A stretch of DNA of 58,878 nt, counting the filler, from Deltaproteobacteria bacterium (GTDB lineage: Bacteria; Myxococcota; JACRCW01), in NCBI GenBank assembly GCA_016218805.1. It is 3 parts of 3 records of this genome, joined end to end, with 100 filler letters (N's around TTAATTAATTAA, not from the genome) between each part and the next. Parts side by side here need not be neighbours in the genome. Positions count along the whole stretch, not along the records: positions 49,443 to 58,878 come from JACRCW010000151.1; 2 more parts are not named here. One strand, given 5' to 3'. A program made the translations under genes and the position numbers. Numbering within the stretch: the stretch's first letter is position 1; each line of letters starts with the position of its first letter. The notes below the pieces were generated by a model. That model ran no database searches. It saw nothing but the letters and a program-made list of their open reading frames with translations, and had not been told where the DNA came from. Shown one piece after another: positions 54,284-58,878 of this stretch.

Positions 54284-55285
54284 CCCCAGCGCACCTCCCT
54301 CGGCGTCGCGCGTGTGCTGCATGACGGTGCCGTCCACAGCGGCGCGGAGATTGCCCGGGCGCTGGGCGTCTCCCGGGCCGCGGTGCACAAGTCCGTGGAG
54401 GCGCTGCGGCGGGCGGGCTTCACCATCCGCGCCGCCGCGGGCGAAGGGTACGCCCTGCAAGCACCACCGGACCGGCTGGTTGAGGAAGCGGTGGTCCCGG
54501 CGCTGCCCGCGGGCGCGTTTGGCACGGCGGGCTGGGAGCACCATGACGTGCTGGACTCCACCAACACGCGCGCCGCGGCGCTGGCGCGGGAGGGTGCGCC
54601 GCACGGCACCGTGGTGGTGGCTGAGGAGCAGACGGCGGGCCGCGGCCGGCGCGGGCGGACCTTTGTCTCCCCGCCGGGCACAGGCGTGTACCTGTCCGTG
54701 GTGCTGCGCCCGCCGCTGCGCCCCACCCAGGCCACGCGGCTGACGTTCTGCGGCGCGCTGGCGGTGATGGACGCCGCGCGCGCGCACGGCGTGGAGACGC
54801 GGATGAAGTGGCCCAATGACGTGTTCGCCGGGGAGCGCAAGCTGGCGGGGATCCTCACGGAGCTGTCCGCGGACATGGACCGGATCCACCAGGCCATCGT
54901 CGGCATTGGCGTCAACGTGAACACACCGGCGCGCGCATTCCCGCGGGACGTGCGCGCGCTGGCCACCTCCGTGCGCGAGGCCGCCGGGCACGCGGTGGAC
55001 CGCCCGGGGGTGGTGGCGGCGCTGCTTGCGAGCCTGACCGCGTGGTACACCATGGCCCTCACGGACTTTCCCGGGGTGCTGCGGGAGGTCCGCGCACGGA
55101 CGCTGACCCTCGGGCGGAACGTGCGGGTGGTGGACGGTACGCAGGTGCTTGAGGGTGTGGCGGAGGACCTGGATGACGACGGGGCGCTGTGGGTGGGGAC
55201 GGAAGCAGGGCGGGTCCGCGTGGTGGCGGGTGACGTGGAGCTTGCTGGCGGTGCTGGCGGCGGCAGTGCCCGCGCGCGCCAATGA
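54281..55285 (+). CDS. birA: Bifunctional biotin--[acetyl-CoA-carboxylase] ligase / repressor
   Basis: N-terminal HTH SGAEIARALGVSRAAVHK, then DSTN, QTAGRGRRGR, KWPND and KLAGIL. Confidence 0.96.
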   Translation: MPQRTSLGVARVLHDGAVHSGAEIARALGVSRAAVHKSVEALRRAGFTIRAAAGEGYALQAPPDRLVEEAVVPALPAGAFGTAGWEHHDVLDSTNTRAAALAREGAPHGTVVVAEEQTAGRGRRGRTFVSPPGTGVYLSVVLRPPLRPTQATRLTFCGALAVMDAARAHGVETRMKWPNDVFAGERKLAGILTELSADMDRIHQAIVGIGVNVNTPARAFPRDVRALATSVREAAGHAVDRPGVVAALLASLTAWYTMALTDFPGVLREVRARTLTLGRNVRVVDGTQVLEGVAEDLDDDGALWVGTEAGRVRVVAGDVELAGGAGGGSARARQ

Positions 55286-55850
55286 CCTTGAGGGGATGTT
55301 CGGGAATTCCGAGCCGCCCTTTGAGCACTCCACCGGGCTGTACGCGTTCCTCCCGCCCGGCGGGTGGAACTGCCAGCAGCAGCGGGACTCGTCCGTGCAG
55401 TGCCAGGCCAGCTCCACCGGCGCCATGCTGCGCATTGAGCACTGGACCATTGAGGGACAGCTGGACAGCGAGCTGATGGCCTTCAACGAGGAGCGCAAGC
55501 TGCAGAAGCTCCCGCACTTCCGGAAGAACGGCGGCGGGCGCCTGCTGCTGGGGGACGTGAAGGCCTCCATCCGCTCGTTCGTGTTCGACTACCAGGGCAA
55601 CGCTGAGTATCCGGTGGCCGTGGAGGAGCTGTACGTGGTCAGCGGGGGCAAGGCCATCCGCGTGCACTTTGAGGTGATGGCCCGCGCCATGCCCTCCCAC
55701 GCGCGGGACCTCAAGCAGCTGTATGACACCTTTGGCGTGGCCGAGGTGGACGCGCTGGGCCAGGTGGTCACCGCCGCCCGCCCGCGCAACGCGCCCGGGC
55801 AGCGCAAGAAGGGCCCGGCACCGCGCGGCGGCCCGCCCGCCTATCCCTGA
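55230..55850 (+). CDS. Hypothetical secreted protein (possibly PsbP/DcrB-like fold)
   Basis: GTG start with signal peptide TWSLLAVLAAAVPARA, FLPPGGW and strong GC3 bias. Overlaps the birA 3' end. Confidence 0.6.
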   Translation: MTWSLLAVLAAAVPARANDLEGMFGNSEPPFEHSTGLYAFLPPGGWNCQQQRDSSVQCQASSTGAMLRIEHWTIEGQLDSELMAFNEERKLQKLPHFRKNGGGRLLLGDVKASIRSFVFDYQGNAEYPVAVEELYVVSGGKAIRVHFEVMARAMPSHARDLKQLYDTFGVAEVDALGQVVTAARPRNAPGQRKKGPAPRGGPPAYP

Positions 55851-56353
55851 ACCGGTTCCCCGCGCCGCGCCCGCGCCGCGCGCAGGTCCAGCCGCGCCTG
55901 TCGCCGGGCCACGGCATCCCCCTGCCGCTGCACATCTGCCGGCGCCGTCGCCACCACCGGGGGGACGGCCACCGGCCGGTCGTCCTCGCCCTTGGCCACA
56001 AACGTCAGATACGCGGTCAGCGCGTGCCGGCGTTCGCCCGTTGTGGGGTTTTCGCTTTCTACGCGGACACCCACTTCCATGCTGCTGCGCCAGGTCATGT
56101 TCACCTGCGCGCGCAACACCACCACCATCCCCTTCTTGATCGGCTCCACAAACTCCAGCTCGTCCACGGCGGCGGTCACCACCGCGCGCCGGCAGTGCCG
56201 CTGCGCCGCAATGGCGCCACAGATGTCCATCCACGCCATCACCTGCCCGCCAAACGCCGTCCCGTGCGCATTGGTGTCACCTGGCAGGACAATCTGCGTC
56301 ATCTCAACGCGCGAATCCTCGACGGGACGGGGTGCCAACACGGTGTCGGTCAT
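55841..56353 (-). CDS. Acyl-CoA thioesterase (hotdog fold, YciA-like)
   Basis: VLPGDTNAHGTAFGGQVMAWMD, VVTAAVD and SSMEVGV. Confidence 0.93.
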   Translation of the reverse strand: MTDTVLAPRPVEDSRVEMTQIVLPGDTNAHGTAFGGQVMAWMDICGAIAAQRHCRRAVVTAAVDELEFVEPIKKGMVVVLRAQVNMTWRSSMEVGVRVESENPTTGERRHALTAYLTFVAKGEDDRPVAVPPVVATAPADVQRQGDAVARRQARLDLRAARARRGEPVQG

Positions 56354-57153
56354 GCGCGGCCCCTCCGGTGGGCCCCCAGGGTCCGGACGACTTCCGCGAA
56401 CCCCAGTCCGCCGCGGCGCCGCGTGATCCAGCGGGGAGCCTCGCTCCGCGCGCGCAGCTCGTCCAGCAGCGGGGCCACGTTGGCCACGCCCACGCTGTGC
56501 GGGAAGAACGCAAACAGCGGCCCGTCATTCCGGCTGTCCCCCACGTACACCGCGCGGTCCCGGCGGATGCGGCGGCGCGCCAGCAGCGCCTGCACCATCT
56601 CCCGCTTGCCGTAGTCACCCACCCACGCGTTGATGTGCACGGACGACCGCGCCACCGTGAGGCCGCGCGCCTGCAGCAGCGCCATCATGGCGCGTGCGTC
56701 CGCGTCCGCCACCGGGGGACCGTCCTCCTTGAGGTCCAGCGCCGTGTCACACAACCGGAACGCCGTGTCCCGCGCAATGCGCGCCTCCGGGAACCGCTTC
56801 TGCACCGCCGCCACCGCGCGCCACCGCCGGCGGTCGTCGTCACGGCGCTGGGCCGCGGAGCGGAGGAACGCCTCGCGGATGCGCCCGTCAGGCAGCTTTT
56901 CGTATACGAATGCACCCGTCTCCCCCACCACGGCGTCCACCGGGAACAGGCGCACCATCAGGTCACACCAGCCGGCACCCCGCCCGGTGACGGCGCAGGT
57001 CCACAGCCCCGCGGCCCGGGCGGCCCACAGGGCCCGGTACGCGTCCGGCAGCAGCGCGCCGTCCGTGGTGAGCGTGTCATCCACGTCAAACAGCAGCGCG
57101 GTGATGCCGCGCCACGCGGACGGCGGCAGGAGGCGGAGGGGTGAGGGTTCCAT
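56350..57153 (-). CDS. HAD-superfamily hydrolase, subfamily IIB
   Basis: FDVDDTLT, VTGR, SSVHINAW and YVGDSRND. ATGA overlap with the thioesterase gene. Confidence 0.9.
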   Translation of the reverse strand: MEPSPLRLLPPSAWRGITALLFDVDDTLTTDGALLPDAYRALWAARAAGLWTCAVTGRGAGWCDLMVRLFPVDAVVGETGAFVYEKLPDGRIREAFLRSAAQRRDDDRRRWRAVAAVQKRFPEARIARDTAFRLCDTALDLKEDGPPVADADARAMMALLQARGLTVARSSVHINAWVGDYGKREMVQALLARRRIRRDRAVYVGDSRNDGPLFAFFPHSVGVANVAPLLDELRARSEAPRWITRRRGGLGFAEVVRTLGAHRRGRA

Positions 57154-57232
57154 GCGTGGCCAGACTTGCCCGTGACGGCGTGCCCCGCGCAAGGCCTTGG
57201 CCGGGAGGCGGCGCCCGGGCACAATCCGCCCC

Positions 57233-57859
57233 ATGCACCTGCTGCTGCACGCCCTCCTGTACGCCGTGGCCGCCCAGGCTCCCGTGGACACAACGGATGG
57301 TGGGGCCGCGGTGGACGCGGGACCGCCGCCGCCCGCCGGCCCGGCGGTCCAGCCCTCCCAGCTCACCGGCCGGTTCCGCGTGTCTGACGTGGAGAAAATG
57401 GTCCGCGCGGAGATGGACAAGCGCGAGGGCGTGGCGGAGGCACCGCTGCCGCGGGTGGAGGAGCAGGACGGCCTGCCCACGGACCGCCTGGGCGCCACGC
57501 TGCCGGTCCTGCCGCCGTACAAAGTGGCGGACCTGCTGGCGGATCCCGCGCTGTTTGTGGGCGAGCGGGTGATGCTGACCGGGCTGGTGCGCCGCACCGC
57601 GCTGGACGGCAGCTGGATGGAGATCTCCGAAGTCCCCAGCGCGCCCCGCTCCGTGCGCCTGCTGCCCCAGGGCGACTGGCGCTTCTTTGCCAATGACCGG
57701 CCGCGCCGCGTGACGACGTTTGGGCTGCTCAAGAAGCGCAAGGTCACCGCCGCGCAGGCCCGCCGGCTGGACGAGCAGGCGGGCCAGAAACCGCGCAGCG
57801 GTGCAGGCGTGGAGCTGGTGCTGGAGGCGGAGGGTGCGGTGGTGCAGTGGCTGGACTGA
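57233..57859 (+). CDS. Secreted hypothetical protein, DUF4920-like OB-fold
   Basis: Signal peptide, then LLADPALFVGERVMLTGLV...GSWMEI and LVLEAEGAVV. Confidence 0.55.
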   Translation: MHLLLHALLYAVAAQAPVDTTDGGAAVDAGPPPPAGPAVQPSQLTGRFRVSDVEKMVRAEMDKREGVAEAPLPRVEEQDGLPTDRLGATLPVLPPYKVADLLADPALFVGERVMLTGLVRRTALDGSWMEISEVPSAPRSVRLLPQGDWRFFANDRPRRVTTFGLLKKRKVTAAQARRLDEQAGQKPRSGAGVELVLEAEGAVVQWLD

Positions 57860-57872
57860 GCGGCCCCGCCCC

Positions 57873-58787
57873 TCACATCAGGCTGCTCTCGGTGCGGTTC
57901 CGGCCACCGCGCTTGGCCTTGTACAGCAGGTCATCGGCCGCCTTGAGCAGCGCCTTGGCGTCGGGATGGGCGGCCGGGTCCAGCGTGGCCGCGCCCAGGC
58001 TCACCGTGACGGGGATGGTGCGCTCGTCGTGGACAAACTTGCCGCTCTCAATGGCGCGCCGGATCCGTTCGGCAACAATGAACGCCTTCTCCGCGGGCGT
58101 CTCGCGCAGGATGATGCCAAACTCCTCGCCGCCGTAGCGCGCGAACACGTCCTCCTCGCGCAGGCAGCCGGCCACCACCTGGGACACCTTCTTGAGCACA
58201 AAGTCCCCGGCAATGTGGCCAAAGGTGTCGTTCACCTTCTTGAAGAAGTCGATATCAAACAGCACCAGCGTCAACGGCGCGCTGCGGCGGGCGTGGAAGG
58301 TGAACTCCGTGCGCAGCCGCTCCGCAAAGAACTTCTTGTTGTACGCCCCGGTCAGCGCGTCCTTGGTGGCTGAGTCATACAGCGACCGCTGCGCCTCCTC
58401 CTCCAGGCTGTCCTGCACGGTGAACTTGAGGATGGTGTTGGACCCGATCTGGATCTTGTCCCCGTCCTTGAGCAGGTGCTGGTCCACCTTCTGCGAGTTG
58501 GCAAAGGTGCCGTTGGTGCTGCCGTTGTCCGCCAGCACGTACACGCCGTTCTGGCCCACCACCTTGGCGTGCTTGCGGCTGACGCCGTCATCCTCAATCT
58601 GCACCTGGCAGTCCGGGGACCGGCCAATGACCATTTCGCCCTGGAGCACGCGGTATTGCTTCCCAATCTGCTTGCCTGCAATGACGATGAGGTACGGATT
58701 CTGGGCGCCTGACTGCGCACCCGGCGCCGCCAGCAGCCCCGGCTTCACAATCGCCGTTTTCTCCGATGTGTCCTCGAAGTCCGCCAT
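57873..58787 (-). CDS. Diguanylate cyclase with N-terminal FHA domain (Bdellovibrio DgcB-like architecture)
   Basis: FHA motifs IGR, VSRKHA and GSTNGTF. GGDEF motifs DALTG, DIDFFKKVND, GHIAGD, RxxD I-site (REED) and GGEEF. Confidence 0.95.
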   Translation of the reverse strand: MADFEDTSEKTAIVKPGLLAAPGAQSGAQNPYLIVIAGKQIGKQYRVLQGEMVIGRSPDCQVQIEDDGVSRKHAKVVGQNGVYVLADNGSTNGTFANSQKVDQHLLKDGDKIQIGSNTILKFTVQDSLEEEAQRSLYDSATKDALTGAYNKKFFAERLRTEFTFHARRSAPLTLVLFDIDFFKKVNDTFGHIAGDFVLKKVSQVVAGCLREEDVFARYGGEEFGIILRETPAEKAFIVAERIRRAIESGKFVHDERTIPVTVSLGAATLDPAAHPDAKALLKAADDLLYKAKRGGRNRTESSLM

Positions 58788-58878
58788 CGCCCACGCGCAC
58801 GCCTGGCCCGCGGGGGCGGGCGCAGGACAGTTGTCCCTGAACCATACGAGGCGGCGACGGGGATTGCCAAGGGATCCC

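Overview
This is very GC-rich bacterial DNA, most likely from a Myxococcota genome or MAG. The evidence is a MYXO-CTERM-type sorting tail, Cys-rich and DAG-repeat lipoproteins, a myxobacterial-type Ser/Thr kinase and an FHA-GGDEF protein. The window is three contig pieces joined by artificial N44-TTAATTAATTAA-N44 spacers (21801-21900 and 49343-49442), so gene adjacency across those spacers means nothing. Piece 1 holds a TPR-lytic transglycosylase, Cys-rich lipoproteins, acnA, a small secreted 11-Cys peptide and rplK-rplA-rplJ-rplL-rpoB-rpoC (rpoC truncated). That cluster has its own promoter, L1 and L10 leader RNAs and an rplL-rpoB terminator, but secE-nusG is not upstream of it. Piece 2 holds an ACE-like M2 peptidase, a coupled pair of PLP fold-II enzymes, a Uma2 nuclease, a large Ig-like adhesin-type lipoprotein, ferredoxin-miaE, a PEGA protein and a thiolase divergent from a fused, domain-permuted aconitase-family enzyme. 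It also holds an FHA protein, an OmpA/Pal-TM fusion, a glycoside hydrolase divergent from an atypical subtilase, and ddl. Piece 3 holds a Ser/Thr kinase, a TPR protein, SRPBCC, a GT9 heptosyltransferase divergent from birA, a thioesterase, a HAD hydrolase and a DgcB-like FHA-GGDEF cyclase. I found no tRNA, rRNA, CRISPR array or mobile element. I cannot point to one unambiguous new multi-gene system. The best leads are the ferredoxin-miaE coupling, the permuted aconitase with altered motifs, the orphan PLP pair, the secreted Cys-rich peptide, a window-wide TCG/CGA-avoidance signature, and apparent leaderless transcription including a near-palindromic divergent promoter. All family assignments come from motif recognition by eye, not from database searches.
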